Origin: Candidatus Omnitrophota bacterium
GTDB lineage: Bacteria > Omnitrophota > Gorgyraeia > Zapsychrales > Fredricksoniimonadaceae
Direction of reading: 5' to 3'
Length of the DNA stretch: 64,000 bases
Assembly (NCBI GenBank): GCA_037131245.1
Contig: JBAXRK010000002.1
Location: forward strand, 116,227 to 180,226
Shown in pieces: positions 63,585 through 64,000 of the stretch (its first letter is position 1; every line of letters begins with the position of its first letter). Below the pieces are notes generated by a model, which saw only the letters and a program-made list of their open reading frames with translations, was not told where the DNA came from and did no database searches. The position numbers were made by a program, and so were the translations under genes.

Positions 63585-63638
63585 TATTCACCTTCACGGT
63601 GTTATCATCCCTTAATCAGATAAAAAACGGAGGTTGCC

Positions 63639-64000
63639 ATGAAAGCAGAATTAAGGGAGAGGTTTGCTTCGTACCGCGCGGGAAAGAGCATCAAGGGCAC
63701 CGCGACAGAGAAGAATTTGCTGAAAAGTTTTGCCGGGGAGTCACAGGCGCGCAACCGTTATAACATGTTCGCGGAGCGTGCCCGCGAGGAGGGTTTCGAC
63801 CAGATCGGGAAGATCTTCGATGAGACGGCTCATAACGAGCAGCATCACGCGCAGATCTTTTTTGCTTTTCTTGAAGGCGGTCCACTTGAGATGACGGCTA
63901 CGTACCCTGCAGGTGTTGTCGGCGATACGTATCAGAACCTGATCGCGGCGGCCGAAGGTGAACATGAAGAATTCGCGGATCTTTACCCCGCTTTCGGGGC
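63639..64000 (+). CDS. Rubrerythrin, N-terminal part (cut by the window edge; absent from the ORF track)
   Basis: AACGGAGG SD. TEKNLLKSFAGESQARNRYNMFAERAREEGF...ETAHNEQHHAQIF...AAEGEHEE are diiron ferritin-like motifs. The frame is open to position 64000. Confidence 0.85.
   Translation, partial: MKAELRERFASYRAGKSIKGTATEKNLLKSFAGESQARNRYNMFAERAREEGFDQIGKIFDETAHNEQHHAQIFFAFLEGGPLEMTATYPAGVVGDTYQNLIAAAEGEHEEFADLYPAFG

Overview
The window reads as one contiguous stretch of a diderm bacterial chromosome. It looks moderately GC-rich by eye, but I did not compute composition. I support about 60 protein genes. I found no rRNA, tRNA, CRISPR array, transposase or integrase. All calls come from motif recognition by eye in the translated ORFs; no database search was possible.

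Gene content in order:
- 1-1369 (-): an edge-truncated secreted protein made of 56-aa four-cysteine repeats. It is missing from the ORF track.
- 1.6-4.4 kb: a small HTH gene, then a membrane-anchored CBM-like protein and three pseudopilin genes.
- 4.5-8.5 kb: a tightly coupled respiratory module of an unknown polytopic protein, a Rieske protein, a fused b6-type cytochrome b, and a CydA-like protein with a C-terminal cytochrome c.
- 8.5-16 kb: a hybrid histidine kinase, a response regulator, a DUF255 thioredoxin-like protein and a PAS kinase.
- 16-17.8 kb: a fusion of a radical-SAM-fold domain lacking CxxxCxxC with a PP-loop ATPase, followed by a 21-aa Lys-rich micro-ORF.
- 18.1-28.2 kb: an outer-membrane beta-barrel, a small secreted protein and two giant paralogous secreted proteins (1418 and 1195 aa) with no recognisable catalytic motifs.
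- 28.2-30.8 kb: umuDC, a decapitated toxin with an intact antitoxin, and ssb.
- 30.8-39.1 kb: a short MscS-like protein, DUF4337, nqrABCDEF, an NqrM-like gene and apbE.
- 39.2-48.2 kb: GGCT, GT2, and a long sulfur-assimilation operon (Rrf2, YezD, porin, Sbp, CysA, two transsulfuration enzymes, CysK) with no cysTW.
- 48.2-54.6 kb (-): an operon of ACP, FkbH-like loader, MaoC/hot-dog/SDR, MBOAT and a membrane SGNH protein.
- 54.8-64 kb: a beta-barrel, a glycine-zipper protein, a SWIM-SNF2 helicase, RluA, DUF45, a frameshifted ORF6N gene, the ABC-F gene ybiT, and the start of rubrerythrin.

Best candidates for an undescribed system:
1. The beta-barrel / small-module / twin-giant cluster at 18.1-28.2 kb.
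2. The Dlt-like but FkbH-loaded ACP-MBOAT-SGNH operon at 48.2-54.6 kb.
3. The Rieske/b6 plus CydA-like::cyt c module at 4.5-8.5 kb.
4. The Sushi-like repeat protein at the left edge.
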